Assembly (NCBI GenBank): GCA_045863395.1
Contig: BTVJ01000033.1
Coordinates: forward strand, 19,552-83,551
DNA from: Myxococcales bacterium
GTDB lineage: Bacteria > Myxococcota_A > UBA9042 > JABWCM01 > BTVJ01
Reading direction: 5' to 3'
Length of the DNA stretch: 64,000 nt
In this document: positions 1 to 9,964 of the stretch, piece after piece
Layout: every line of letters starts with the position of its first letter
How positions within the stretch are numbered: position 1 is the first letter of the stretch
Program-made: the position numbers and the translations under genes
The notes under the pieces: generated by a model
Databases searched by the model: none
Told to the model about the DNA's origin: nothing
Seen by the model: the letters and a program-made list of their open reading frames with translations, nothing else

Positions 1-374
1 TCACCGGGTACGTCCCGCTGGCCCAGCTCCCGACGTGGTTCAACCTCTGCGACGTGTTCGTGAACGCGACCATCCGGCAGAACGGCTATGACCTGACCAT
101 GCTCGAGGCGATGGCCTGCGAGAAGGTCGTCGTGTCGTCCGACATCGGCAGCACCCCGACCTTGATCCGCGATGGGGTCGACGGGCTGCTGGTGCCCCCC
201 GGGGATGCCGTCGCGCTGGCCAGGCGCATCGCCGCGGCCCTCCGGTCCCGGGAGCAGCTCGCCGAGATGGGGCGCAGCGCCCGAGCCAAGGCCCTGTCGG
301 CCTTCGGGCTCGGCACCATGGTCGACGGCACCCTTGCAGTCTACGACTCCGTGAGGAGGGACCATGGACGCTAG
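1..374 (+). CDS. Glycosyltransferase family 4 (GT-B), C-terminal part, truncated by the window edge
   Basis: Open frame from the edge; motifs LEAMACEKVVVSSDIG and DGVDGLLVPPGD. Confidence 0.85.
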   Translation, partial: TGYVPLAQLPTWFNLCDVFVNATIRQNGYDLTMLEAMACEKVVVSSDIGSTPTLIRDGVDGLLVPPGDAVALARRIAAALRSREQLAEMGRSARAKALSAFGLGTMVDGTLAVYDSVRRDHGR

Positions 375-1353
375 CGCGGCCTACGAAGGCAGGAGCGTCC
401 TGATCACCGGCGGGCTCGGCTTCATCGGCAGCACCCTCGCGCATCGGCTCGTCGGGGCCGGCGCGCGGGTCTCTCTGCTCGACGCCGTGTTGGCCGGCAG
501 CGGCGCCAACCACCACAACATCGCGGCGATCCGGGGTGACGTCTCCGTCGTGGTGGGCGACGTGCGGGACACCGGCACCCTCGCGACGATGATCCCGGGC
601 GTGGACGTGGTGTTCAACCTGGCGGGCACGCTCAGCCACACCGACAGCATGACCGACCCGCTCACCGACCTCGACATCAACTGCCGCGCGCAGGTGGGGC
701 TGCTCGAGACCTGTCGCCGCCTGGCGCCGACGGCCCGAATCGTCTATGCCGGGACCCGCGGTCAGTATGGGCGACCCCGGTATCTGCCCGTCGACGAGGA
801 GCACCCCCTCCACGCCACGGACGCCAATGGAATCAACAAGACGGCGGGAGAGGCCTACCACCTCCTCTACCACCAGCACCATGGCCTCCAGACGACCTCG
901 CTGCGCATGAGCAACACCTACGGTCCCCGCCACCAGATGAAGCACGCGCGGCAGGGCGTGATCGGGTGGTTCGTGCGCCAGGCCCTCGATGACGCCGCAA
1001 TGCGCGTGTTCGGCGATGGGCGGCAGATGCGTGACGCCACGTATGTAGACGACGTCGTCGACGCGCTCTGCCTGGCCGGCGCCAGCGAGGCCGCGGTCGG
1101 CGAGGCGTTCAACCTCGGGTCTGCCCCGGTTCCCCTCGTCGAGCTCGCGCGGGCCATCGTGCGGGCGGCGGGACGCGGTCGGGTCGAGCTGGTGCCCTAT
1201 CCTGAGGCGTCTCGCCAGGTGGAGGTGGGGGACTACGTGGCCGACACGTCCAAGATTGAGCGGTTGCTTGGCTGGCGCGCCTCCGTGTCTCTCGAGGACG
1301 GTCTGGCTCGCACGGTGGAGTTCTACGAGCGCGAGAGAGCGCACTACTGGTAG
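364..1353 (+). CDS. NAD-dependent epimerase/dehydratase (extended SDR)
   Basis: ITGGLGFIGS Rossmann motif, NLAG, NTYGP, YVDDVV; AGGAGG RBS upstream. Confidence 0.9.
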   Translation: MDASAAYEGRSVLITGGLGFIGSTLAHRLVGAGARVSLLDAVLAGSGANHHNIAAIRGDVSVVVGDVRDTGTLATMIPGVDVVFNLAGTLSHTDSMTDPLTDLDINCRAQVGLLETCRRLAPTARIVYAGTRGQYGRPRYLPVDEEHPLHATDANGINKTAGEAYHLLYHQHHGLQTTSLRMSNTYGPRHQMKHARQGVIGWFVRQALDDAAMRVFGDGRQMRDATYVDDVVDALCLAGASEAAVGEAFNLGSAPVPLVELARAIVRAAGRGRVELVPYPEASRQVEVGDYVADTSKIERLLGWRASVSLEDGLARTVEFYERERAHYW

Positions 1354-1360
1354 GCACGAG

Positions 1361-2479
1361 ATGCAGATCCCCTTCATGTCACTGCGGGAGCAGTTCACCG
1401 AGCTGGCTGGCGACGTCCAGGCGGCCATCGACGACGTGTTTCGGCGGTCCCACTTCGTCCTGGGCGAGCACGGGCGCCTGTTCGAGCAGGAGCTCGCCAC
1501 GCACTGCGGTACCCCCCACGCCATTGGAGTCGGGTCGGGGACCGATGCGCTGCACCTGGCGCTCCGCGCGGTCGGGGTGCGGCCCGGCTCCGAGGTGATC
1601 ACCGTCGGCAACGTGTGGGTCCCCACGGCCTGTGCCATCGTCGCAGCCGGGGCCGTGCCCGTGCTCGTCGACGTGGAGCCGGACACCTGCAACATGGCGG
1701 TGGCGGCCGTCGCCGAGCGGATCACGGAGAGGACGGCGGCCATCGTCCCCGTGCACCTGTATGGGCAGGTCGTCGACATGGACCCGCTGCTCGACCTCGC
1801 CGGGTCCGCGCGGCTGCCCGTGGTGGAGGACGCCTGCCAGGCGTACGGCGCCGAGTACAAGGGGCGCCGCGCGGGCTCCCTCGGCGACGCGGGTTGCTTC
1901 AGCTTCTACCCGACGAAGAACCTGGGGGCCTATGGCGACGGGGGCGCCGTGGTGACCAGCGACGAGGGCGTGGCGCGGGCGGTCCGCATGCTCCGCAACT
2001 ATGGCGAGGGCGAGCGGCGATATCAGAGTGAGATGCCGGGCGTCAACAGCCGCCTCGACGAGCTCCAGGCAGCCATCCTGCGGGCGAAGCTCCCTCGGCT
2101 GGACGCGTGGAACGTCGCGCGCCGGCGCCATGCTGCGCTCTATCGCGAGCGCCTCGCCGGCGCAGGAGTCACCCTCCTCGCGGAGCGGGAGTGGGCGCTC
2201 CCCAACTACCACCTGTTCGTCGTCAGGACGCCGCACCGCGACCGCCTCGCCGCGTGGCTCGCACGGCACGGCATCGGGACCGCGGTCCACTATCCCGTGC
2301 CGGTGCACCTCCAGCCCGCCTTCGCCCACTTGGGCCTGGGGGAGGGAGCTCTGCCGGAGACTGAGCGCGCCTGCCGTGAGGTGCTGTCGCTCCCGATCTA
2401 CCCGGAGCTGCGGCCGGAGGAGATCGAGCGGGTCGCTGAGGCCCTGTCGGCCTTTCACCCCGATGTGGAGGCCCCATGA
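1361..2479 (+). CDS. DegT/DnrJ/EryC1/StrS family sugar aminotransferase
   Basis: [34 protein letters not shown] (PLP lysine); ATG at 1361. Confidence 0.92.
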   Translation: MQIPFMSLREQFTELAGDVQAAIDDVFRRSHFVLGEHGRLFEQELATHCGTPHAIGVGSGTDALHLALRAVGVRPGSEVITVGNVWVPTACAIVAAGAVPVLVDVEPDTCNMAVAAVAERITERTAAIVPVHLYGQVVDMDPLLDLAGSARLPVVEDACQAYGAEYKGRRAGSLGDAGCFSFYPTKNLGAYGDGGAVVTSDEGVARAVRMLRNYGEGERRYQSEMPGVNSRLDELQAAILRAKLPRLDAWNVARRRHAALYRERLAGAGVTLLAEREWALPNYHLFVVRTPHRDRLAAWLARHGIGTAVHYPVPVHLQPAFAHLGLGEGALPETERACREVLSLPIYPELRPEEIERVAEALSAFHPDVEAP

Positions 2480-3528
2480 CCACGGTGCTCGTGACGGGCG
2501 GCTGCGGCTTCATCGGCAGCGCGTTTCTGCGGATGGCAGTTCGGGAGAACCCGGAGTGGCGCTTCGTCAACCTGGACCTGCTCACCTACGCCGGCAATGT
2601 CGCCAACCTGGCGCCCATCGCAGGCGCAGCGCACTACACCTTCGTCCGGGGAGACATCTGCGACGAGGCAACGGTGAGAGGCGTGTTCGAGGAGCACCCG
2701 CCGGACATCGTCGTCCACTTCGCCGCCGAGAGCCACGTGGACCGGAGCATCGTGGGCCCGCGGCGCTTCCTGGAGACGAACGTGCTCGGGACCCTCTCGC
2801 TGCTCGAGGCCTGCCGGGCGGCGTGGAGGAGCTTCGACGGGCGGGTCTTCCTCCACGTCAGCACCGACGAGGTCTTTGGCTCTCTGGGTCCCACCGGGCG
2901 CTTCGACGAGCGCACGCCCTACAGCCCGAACAGCCCGTACTCCGCGTCCAAGGCGGGCAGCGACCACCTGGTCCGCGCCTACCACCACACCTACGGGCTC
3001 CCGGTGAAGATCACGAACTGCTCCAACAACTACGGCCCCTATCAGTTTCCCGAGAAGCTGATCCCCCTGATGATCCTGAACGCCTTCGAGGGGAAGGCGC
3101 TGCCCGTGTATGGGCGGGGCGACAACGTGCGCGACTGGCTGTACGTGGACGACCACTGCCGGGCCATCCAGCGCGTGCTCCGCGACGGGGCGCTCGGAGA
3201 GACCTACCTCGTGGGCGGCTCCTGCGAGCGGTCGAACCTGGAGGTCGTCACGACGATCTGCGCGCTGGTTGCGGAGGTCCGCGGGGTGCCGCCGGCGGAG
3301 ATCGAGCGCCTGATCACCTACGTCAAGGACCGGCCGGGTCACGACCACCGCTACGCCATCGACGCGTCTCGCCTGGCGGAGCTCGGCTGGCGGCCGGAGG
3401 AGACGTTCGAGACAGGGCTCCGCCGGACGGTGCGCTGGTACTGCGAGAATCAGGCGTGGGTGGACCAGGTGCGGACCGGCGAGTACCGGCGCTGGATGGA
3501 CACGAACTACGGAGGGAGAGACGCATGA
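2476..3528 (+). CDS. rfbB: dTDP-glucose 4,6-dehydratase
   Basis: [52 protein letters not shown]. Confidence 0.96.
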   Translation: MTTVLVTGGCGFIGSAFLRMAVRENPEWRFVNLDLLTYAGNVANLAPIAGAAHYTFVRGDICDEATVRGVFEEHPPDIVVHFAAESHVDRSIVGPRRFLETNVLGTLSLLEACRAAWRSFDGRVFLHVSTDEVFGSLGPTGRFDERTPYSPNSPYSASKAGSDHLVRAYHHTYGLPVKITNCSNNYGPYQFPEKLIPLMILNAFEGKALPVYGRGDNVRDWLYVDDHCRAIQRVLRDGALGETYLVGGSCERSNLEVVTTICALVAEVRGVPPAEIERLITYVKDRPGHDHRYAIDASRLAELGWRPEETFETGLRRTVRWYCENQAWVDQVRTGEYRRWMDTNYGGRDA

Positions 3529-4403
3529 TCGGCAAGGGGATCATCCTGGCGGGCGGGAGCGGGACGCGCCTCCACCCGATCACGCTCGGTACGAGCAAGC
3601 AGCTCCTCCCCATCTACAACAAGCCTATGATCTACTACCCGCTGAGCGTGCTGATGCTCGCGCGGATCCGGGAGATCCTCGTGATCACGACGCCCCACGA
3701 GCAGGAAGGGTTCCGGCGCCTGCTCGGTGACGGCTCCCAGTGGGGCGTCCGCATCGAATATGCCGCGCAGCCGCACCCAGGTGGGCTCGCGCAGGCATTT
3801 CTGATCGGGCGCGACTTCCTGGCGGGTGACCCGGCCGCGCTGGTCCTCGGAGACAACATCTTCTACGCGGAGGGTCTGTCGGCGACGGTGCGGCGGGCGG
3901 CGGCGCTCGACCACGGCGCGTTGGTCTTCGCCTATCCCGTCGACCGCCCGCAGGAGTATGGCGTCGTCGAGTTCGACAGGGACAACCGGGTCGTGAGTCT
4001 CGAGGAGAAGCCTGTGCATCCCCGGTCCCGCTATGCGGTGACGGGGCTCTACTTCTACGACGGGACGGTCGCCGACAAGGCCGCGTCGCTGCGTCCCTCG
4101 GCGCGGGGCGAGCTGGAGATCACGGATCTCAACCGGCTCTATCTGGAGGAGGGGACACTCCAGGTCGAGAAGCTCGGGCGCGGCTTCGCGTGGCTCGACA
4201 CGGGGACCTACCGCACCATGCTCCAGGCGTCGGCCTTCGTGGAGACCATCGAGCAGCGCCAGGGCCTGATGATCGCCTGCCTCGAAGAGACCGCGTATCG
4301 GAGCGGCTGGATCTCCCGGGAGCAGTTGGAGGGGCTCGCCCAGCCGTTGGCGAAGACCGAGTATGGGCGGTATCTGCTCGGCCTGCTCCACGAGGAGCCG
4401 TGA
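3525..4403 (+). CDS. rfbA: Glucose-1-phosphate thymidylyltransferase
   Basis: [50 protein letters not shown] overlap with rfbB. Confidence 0.96.
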   Translation: MIGKGIILAGGSGTRLHPITLGTSKQLLPIYNKPMIYYPLSVLMLARIREILVITTPHEQEGFRRLLGDGSQWGVRIEYAAQPHPGGLAQAFLIGRDFLAGDPAALVLGDNIFYAEGLSATVRRAAALDHGALVFAYPVDRPQEYGVVEFDRDNRVVSLEEKPVHPRSRYAVTGLYFYDGTVADKAASLRPSARGELEITDLNRLYLEEGTLQVEKLGRGFAWLDTGTYRTMLQASAFVETIEQRQGLMIACLEETAYRSGWISREQLEGLAQPLAKTEYGRYLLGLLHEEP

Positions 4404-4409
4404 GACGCC

Positions 4410-5045
4410 GTGAGGGACAACCGCAGCTATGTCTGGGGGAAGGACGAGGTCAGCCGGCGGCCCGAGTATTCCGTGATCGAGGAGTGGGTAGCGCCGCGCT
4501 CCCGGGTGATCGATCTCGGCTGCGGTGACGGCACGCTGCTCCGGCGGCTCAAGGACACCCATGACATCGAGGAGCGCGGAATCGAGCTCGCGCCCAGCGG
4601 GGTCGAGGCGTGCCTCGCGAAGCAGCTCAGCGTGACTCAAGGCGCCATCGACGTCCCGCTGAACGACATCGGAGACGACTCCTTCGACTACGCGGTCTGC
4701 AACGTCACTCTCCAGATGGTGACGCGGCCCGAGGTCCTGCTTCGGGAGATGCGGCGCATCGCGACGAGGCAGATCGTCTCGTTCCCGAACTTCGCCTACG
4801 CGCCGAACCGCCTGGAGCTGCTGCTGCGTGGGCGGATGCCTCGCCGGCTCCTGTTCGGCTATCGGTGGTACGACACGGGGCACGTGCACCAGCTCTCCAT
4901 CGCAGACTTCCTGGAGACCTGTCGCGACCTGGGGCTCGTCGTGCAGCAAGCCCACTTCTTGGGCCCCGTGGGAGGGCTCGTCCGTCTGGCGCCGAACCTG
5001 CTCGCCTGGGAGGCAATCTATCTGCTGGGGCGGGCGCCGGCGTAG
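4410..5045 (+). CDS. Class I SAM-dependent methyltransferase, MetW-like
   Basis: RVIDLGCGDG SAM motif; IVSFPNF and WYDT motifs typical of MetW-domain proteins. Confidence 0.75.
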   Translation: MRDNRSYVWGKDEVSRRPEYSVIEEWVAPRSRVIDLGCGDGTLLRRLKDTHDIEERGIELAPSGVEACLAKQLSVTQGAIDVPLNDIGDDSFDYAVCNVTLQMVTRPEVLLREMRRIATRQIVSFPNFAYAPNRLELLLRGRMPRRLLFGYRWYDTGHVHQLSIADFLETCRDLGLVVQQAHFLGPVGGLVRLAPNLLAWEAIYLLGRAPA

Positions 5046-5097
5046 CTGAAGCGGCATCGCGGGACGCGCGGCAGGGCGAATTCCGCGCGCGCCCCGG

Positions 5098-6486
5098 TCA
5101 GGGAAACCGCAGCCCGAGCACCCAGGTCTCCCAGCGCCGCTGGAACGCGGCCATGTCGTCCTCTCCGAGCACGAGCTGGAGGGTGCGCCACCCGCTGGGG
5201 TCCTGGGCTCGCGCGGCCATGGCTCCTCGCACGAAGCGCTCGAGGAGGCCCTGCTCCTGGAGCCACAGCATGAGGTAGCGGGCCTGGGCGTAGTGCACTC
5301 CCGAGTCATCGCCGTAGAAGGAGCTGTCGCTCGTGGAGGTCAGACGCCGGAAGGTGGGGACGCCGCCGGCGCGGATCGCCCGCTGGAGGCCCGCCAGGCG
5401 CCAGTTCGTGAGGCCCACGATGCGGCCGTTCCGCTCGGCGCTCTGCTCGAACAGGGAGCCGAGCCCCTCGTTGATCCACGCCGGGCAGGACGGGTAGTTG
5501 GCGCGCATGTACGGGTGGACGATCTCGTGCACCAGCGTGCCGCCGCCGGTGCCGATGTTCATGACCAGGGCCCTGAGCCGCGGCGAGTAGTAGCCGTAGG
5601 GGGTGCCGGGCACGTCTCCCAGCAGCGTCCGGGCGTGGTGCTCGTAGCTCGCCGCGTCCTTGAAGAGCCAGACATTCAGGATCTCCGAGGGCTGCTTGTC
5701 GAAGAAGAGCGCCTCCAGCCGCTGCATGGCCCAGCCGACGGTCTTCTCCGCCCGCGACCGCACGGTGGCGGGGGCCTCGTCCCCGATGACCACGAACGGA
5801 GCCTGGACGACGACCGTGAAGCCGGGGGGCAGGCCCTCACGCAGGGCACGCACGTGCTGGGCGAGAGCGGCTGCCGTGGGCGCTGCCTCCTTGGGCGGGC
5901 GGCGCACGTCGATTGGATCGAGGCGCAGCCGCACCAGGGTCCAGGCGTCAGGGTCGTACTTCAGTGGCCACAGCGACAGGAACGTGGCGCGCTTCATGCG
6001 CAGGTACGCGCCCTTTCGGATGGCTGGGTCGTGGGTGATCACCTCGTCCGTCCGGTCGTCGTAGCCGGTCACCAGCCGGAAGTGCTCGGTGGTGTTCGGG
6101 CGGGCGTCGAAGCGCGTACACACGATGGAGGGCACCCCGCGCTCCAGGTCCGCTACCAGCGCGCCGAAGGCGGCGTCCAGGTCGCCGGGCTCCTCGGCGC
6201 GGACCGTGCTCCAGACGGGTCCAATGTCGAAGCCCAGTGCCTTCGCCGCGACGACCATCTCTCGCGTCCAGGCCCCGCGCCCGAGCGCCGGGTCCACGCC
6301 CGTCAGCCCGAAGATGGCGTCCTGGCTCACGTCGTGGCCGAGGCGCTTCATGGCCATGGACAGGCACGCCTCCCCGCAGAAGTCGGGGCGCTGCTCGACA
6401 TGAGGCATACCCTCGATGAGCACCGGCGCGGCGGTGGCCGTCACAGGGGCAAGTGCGAGGGCAAGGGCGACGACCAGGCGCTGCAT
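5098..6486 (-). CDS. Secreted protein with a C39-like cysteine peptidase domain and a HExxH (DUF1570-like) domain
   Basis: Signal peptide; QRPDFCGEAC...EHFRLVTGYD...HDP; TLVHEIVH...WINEGLG. Confidence 0.7.
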   Translation of the reverse strand: MQRLVVALALALAPVTATAAPVLIEGMPHVEQRPDFCGEACLSMAMKRLGHDVSQDAIFGLTGVDPALGRGAWTREMVVAAKALGFDIGPVWSTVRAEEPGDLDAAFGALVADLERGVPSIVCTRFDARPNTTEHFRLVTGYDDRTDEVITHDPAIRKGAYLRMKRATFLSLWPLKYDPDAWTLVRLRLDPIDVRRPPKEAAPTAAALAQHVRALREGLPPGFTVVVQAPFVVIGDEAPATVRSRAEKTVGWAMQRLEALFFDKQPSEILNVWLFKDAASYEHHARTLLGDVPGTPYGYYSPRLRALVMNIGTGGGTLVHEIVHPYMRANYPSCPAWINEGLGSLFEQSAERNGRIVGLTNWRLAGLQRAIRAGGVPTFRRLTSTSDSSFYGDDSGVHYAQARYLMLWLQEQGLLERFVRGAMAARAQDPSGWRTLQLVLGEDDMAAFQRRWETWVLGLRFP

Positions 6487-6552
6487 GGGCTCCTCCGGGG
6501 TGGGGTGGCGGCTCCGGCGGGTTGAGACGCGCGGGGGGCCCCCGGGGATCTG

Positions 6553-6933
6553 CTACCACATGGTGCGGACGAAGGGCAGCGGTCGGATCAGGGTGTCGCG
6601 GGTGCACAGCCGAGCACCATGCGCCATGGCCGTCGCGACGATGAAGCGATCACAGGGGTCGAGGTGCATTGCGAGGGACTCTGCGAGCAGCGCGATCTCC
6701 GCTGTGAGCGGAAGGGATCTCACCCGCGGGATGGACGTCACGGCCGCTGCCCACTCCGACACCGGGACCTTCAGCTCAAGTCGCCGCTTGCGAAGGAGCA
6801 GCGCAACCTCCCAGAAGCAGATGGCCGGGACGCCGATGACCTCCGCCTCCGCCAGCGCCTGCGTTGCCTGCGGGCTCAGGTGGGATGGGTCTGCGGTCCA
6901 CCAGATGGCCACGTGGGTGTCGAGGACGATCAC
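6553..6933 (-). CDS. vapC: PIN-domain toxin (VapC family)
   Basis: IVLDTH, FWEVA, HLDPCDRFIVATA, LCTRD; GTG start overlaps the antitoxin stop. Confidence 0.9.
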   Translation of the reverse strand: MIVLDTHVAIWWTADPSHLSPQATQALAEAEVIGVPAICFWEVALLLRKRRLELKVPVSEWAAAVTSIPRVRSLPLTAEIALLAESLAMHLDPCDRFIVATAMAHGARLCTRDTLIRPLPFVRTMW

Positions 6934-7205
6934 TTGGGCCCTGCTTCGGGGAGCAGCTCCCAGCCGGCGTCGTCGATGGGCTGGAGGAAGGCCTCGTCAT
7001 CGACGAGCAGGCGAGCACACCCCCTGAGCTTCGCGAGGATGGCCGCCTCCCGATCCTCCGGGCGCGTGATGGGGACGATGCGCGCGACGGGGCGGCCCCG
7101 CTTGGTGATGATCACCTCCACGCCCTGGGCGTCGACGTCATCCAGGACTGCGAGGCACTGCTGCTTGAACTGGCCGGCCGGCATGGTCTTTGTGTCCATG
7201 GACAT
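6930..7205 (-). CDS. Phd/YefM family antitoxin
   Basis: AGQFKQQCLAVLDDV...VIITKRGRPVARIVP; directly upstream of vapC; start 7205 or 7199. Confidence 0.88.
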   Translation of the reverse strand: MSMDTKTMPAGQFKQQCLAVLDDVDAQGVEVIITKRGRPVARIVPITRPEDREAAILAKLRGCARLLVDDEAFLQPIDDAGWELLPEAGPK

Positions 7206-7234
7206 GGTATATGGACATATCCTCTCGGCGTCAA
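7193..7234 (-). promoter_or_regulatory. Putative TA operon promoter/operator
   Basis: Minus strand TTGACG followed by TATACCAT just before the ATG; palindrome TGTCCATGGACA (7193-7204); repeated ATGTCCAT. Confidence 0.5.
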
Positions 7235-7251
7235 TGGGCAGTCTGTCCGGG

Positions 7252-8502
7252 TCAGACCAGGAGGGCCGCCCCTCCCACGACGCGCTCCACCACGGCCTTG
7301 AAGCGGGCGGGGACGCAGAGGCGCACCACCTCGTGGGCGGAGCGGCCGAGCAGGGCGACCAGCTCGCTCCGCGCCTCAATGGGCTGGAGGTGGCCCGACC
7401 GTGTGTGGATGTGGATGGGCTGGGCCTTGAGGCCCGCCTGGTACGGGGTGTAGGGGTGATCCCTTCCGTGGTCGACCAGCACGTGCCACTCGGGGTCGGC
7501 GCCGGCCCGCGCAGCCTCCTCCCGCGCCTCGGCGATCACCGCCGCGTGGCCGCGGGGGTCGTCGGGCGGCAGCTCCACCGTCTTGAACAGGCCGCGCCCC
7601 AGGAGCCCGGCGGAGAGCTCCGCGAGGATGGGGTCCGCGTCATCTCGCCAGCGCTTGAGGAGGCCCCACAGGTCGTCGTCGTCCAGGGCGACGATGTCCT
7701 CGGGCTTGAGGTCACGGCCGCTCGCCAGCCGCCCAAGCGGTCCGTCCAGCGCGGGGGCGACCAGGTGCGCCCGCGCGAAGGCCGCCTCGAGCATCTTCTC
7801 TGCGCTGCGGCTGGCCTTGTGGAGGTAGACCTGCTTGTACATGTGGAAGCGGGCGATGAGGTAGCCCTCCACAGCCTCGATGGCTCGCTCGTTGACCGCG
7901 ACCCGGGCGTCGACCACCTGGAGCATGCCCAGGATGCGCGCCAGGTCGAAGGCGCCGATCTTGACCCCCGTGCACAAGGCGTCCCGCAGGATGTAGTCGA
8001 GCCGGTCCGCGTCGAGCTGGCTCGACACCAGGTCCCCCGCGGGACCGCCCCCTTTGGAGAGCAGGCCCACCACGCGCGCGGGCAGGTGCGGGTCTACGGC
8101 CGCAAGGATCCGGTGCGCCGCGCGGCCCGGATCCAGCAGTACGGCCGCCGTCGTGGTCTCGTGGTGGATCCCGGTCACCCGCTCGACGACGTGGCTGAGC
8201 GGGCCGTGCCCCACGTCGTGGAGCAGGGCGGCCGCTGCCACTGCCAGCCGCTGCTCTGCGTCCCCGCGCGGCCAGAGCTGGTCATACATGCGCCTCGCCA
8301 GGTGGCAGACGCCCATGGAGTGGGTGAAGCGCGAGTGCTCCGCCCCGTGGAACACGAGGAAGGTCATGCCGAGCTGGCGCACGCGGCGCAGTCGCTGGAC
8401 CTCGGGGGCATCGACCAGCGCCAGCAGGGTGGCCTCGACGGGGTCGTCCTGGTCGTAGGCGATGATGTCGTGGACGGGGTCGCGGAAGAGCTTGGGTCTC
8501 AC
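7252..8502 (-). CDS. HD-domain phosphohydrolase (SAMHD1/dNTPase-like)
   Basis: RDPVH, QRLRRVRQLG, HSRFTHSMG, LLHDVGHGPLSH, DADRLDY, MYKQVYLH. Confidence 0.88.
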   Translation of the reverse strand: MRPKLFRDPVHDIIAYDQDDPVEATLLALVDAPEVQRLRRVRQLGMTFLVFHGAEHSRFTHSMGVCHLARRMYDQLWPRGDAEQRLAVAAAALLHDVGHGPLSHVVERVTGIHHETTTAAVLLDPGRAAHRILAAVDPHLPARVVGLLSKGGGPAGDLVSSQLDADRLDYILRDALCTGVKIGAFDLARILGMLQVVDARVAVNERAIEAVEGYLIARFHMYKQVYLHKASRSAEKMLEAAFARAHLVAPALDGPLGRLASGRDLKPEDIVALDDDDLWGLLKRWRDDADPILAELSAGLLGRGLFKTVELPPDDPRGHAAVIAEAREEAARAGADPEWHVLVDHGRDHPYTPYQAGLKAQPIHIHTRSGHLQPIEARSELVALLGRSAHEVVRLCVPARFKAVVERVVGGAALLV

Positions 8503-9905
8503 GGGGCGAGGACCTCCTCGAGGATCGCCGCCTCGGCGCGAGGGCGATCGGTCAGCTCGGCGGCGACCGGGCCGGCGCAGTAGACGCGGATCTTCTTCAC
8601 CACCTGCACGAAGTCCGTCTGGACGCCCGCCACGATGCCCGACAGCTCGTGGAGGGCGTACTGGGCGCGGCCTCGCACGGACGGGAAGCGCACGGGGATG
8701 GTCTCCAGGCGGTCCTTGTCACGGGGCGGGATGTCGATGAGCACCGCGGAGGGGTGGATCGGGTGGCCGACGAGGCGCTCCAGGCGAGCGCGGACGCGGG
8801 CGACCATCGAGTCAGCGGCGGCGGCGTCCATGCCGTACAGCACGTCGTAGGCGCGGCGCTTGTCCTCCTCGGCGTAGATGCGGCTGAAGGTGGCGATGCG
8901 CTTGTGCAGCCGCCGCCTGTCCCCCGTGAGCCCGGCGAGGAGGTGCGCCGCCGTGCTCCCAAGCGGGGCCGCCCCGCGCAGGGAGTCGAGCAGCGCGTCG
9001 TCCCCGAAGGCGAGGAGATCGGTGGTGAGCGCTTGGCGGTCCGGTTGCACACGGGCCACGTGATCGGCCAGCGCGGCCTCCACCATGGCGGAGGCCGCGC
9101 GCACCGTGTGGTGCCAGTAGGCCTCGCTGAACATGGTGTAGCGGCAGAACACGAACACCTCGGCGCTGACCTTTCCCTTGGCCCAGATGGCGAGGCGCTC
9201 CTCGTCCTCGGCCAGGGTCAGGGAGCCGAGCAGGCGGTCCCGGTCGTAGTTCTTGCCGTAGGGCACGCCGAGGTGCGTGCTGTCCCGCTCCAGGTAGTCC
9301 ATCTTGTCGGCGTCGATGGCGCCGCTGATCACGCTCTGGAGCACCCGGTCCACGGGGCGCAGGTCGGCGCGCTTGTGCGTGAGCAGCCGGACCACCCGAG
9401 CCGGGTCGATGCCCCAGCTCCACGAGAGCACGTCCGCGATGGGGCGCACGCGGTGGGGCTGGCCCACCTCCCCGAACAGGATGGGCGCCGCCAGGTCCTC
9501 GTGGCGCGGCGTGTCCCGCCCCTTGGCGTGGAGCGCCTCCAGGGAGTGGGCGAAGGGGTAGTGCCCGATGTCGTGGAGCAGGCCGGCGGCGAGCACGACG
9601 AGGATGTCCGCCTCGGAGACGGAGTCGGCGAAGGCCGGCGTGCGGAGCAGGGAGCGCACGAAGGCGCGCACGTTGCCGTAGACCCCGATGCTGTGTTCGA
9701 AGCGGGTGTGGACGGCGCCGGGGTACACGAGGTGGGTGGGCCCGAGCTGGCGCACCCGGCGCAGGCGCTGGAAGGACGGGTGATCGATGACCTCGGCGAC
9801 CCGGGAGGTCAGCGGAACGTCCCGGTTCTCTCCGACGCGGATCACCCCAGCCGGGGCGACGGGGTCGGAGAGCTCGGGGATGCGGCTCGCGAGGTCGCTG
9901 GACAT
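8499..9905 (-). CDS. HD-domain phosphohydrolase (SAMHD1/dNTPase-like), second copy
   Basis: FQRLRRVRQLG, HTRFEHSIG, LLHDIGHYPFAH, DADKMDYLERD; stop overlaps the next start (GTGA). Confidence 0.88.
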   Translation of the reverse strand: MSSDLASRIPELSDPVAPAGVIRVGENRDVPLTSRVAEVIDHPSFQRLRRVRQLGPTHLVYPGAVHTRFEHSIGVYGNVRAFVRSLLRTPAFADSVSEADILVVLAAGLLHDIGHYPFAHSLEALHAKGRDTPRHEDLAAPILFGEVGQPHRVRPIADVLSWSWGIDPARVVRLLTHKRADLRPVDRVLQSVISGAIDADKMDYLERDSTHLGVPYGKNYDRDRLLGSLTLAEDEERLAIWAKGKVSAEVFVFCRYTMFSEAYWHHTVRAASAMVEAALADHVARVQPDRQALTTDLLAFGDDALLDSLRGAAPLGSTAAHLLAGLTGDRRRLHKRIATFSRIYAEEDKRRAYDVLYGMDAAAADSMVARVRARLERLVGHPIHPSAVLIDIPPRDKDRLETIPVRFPSVRGRAQYALHELSGIVAGVQTDFVQVVKKIRVYCAGPVAAELTDRPRAEAAILEEVLAP

Positions 9906-9964
9906 GGCGCGAGGATAGCCCGGCGGGGGAGGGAAGGCCAGGGGGCGGGCACCGGGAGCTGGGG

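Noticed and set aside
2001..4403. 800-aa ORF as an RfbA fusion
   Set aside because: The upstream part overlaps the DegT gene and rfbB in another frame; the real start is ATG 3525 with an RBS
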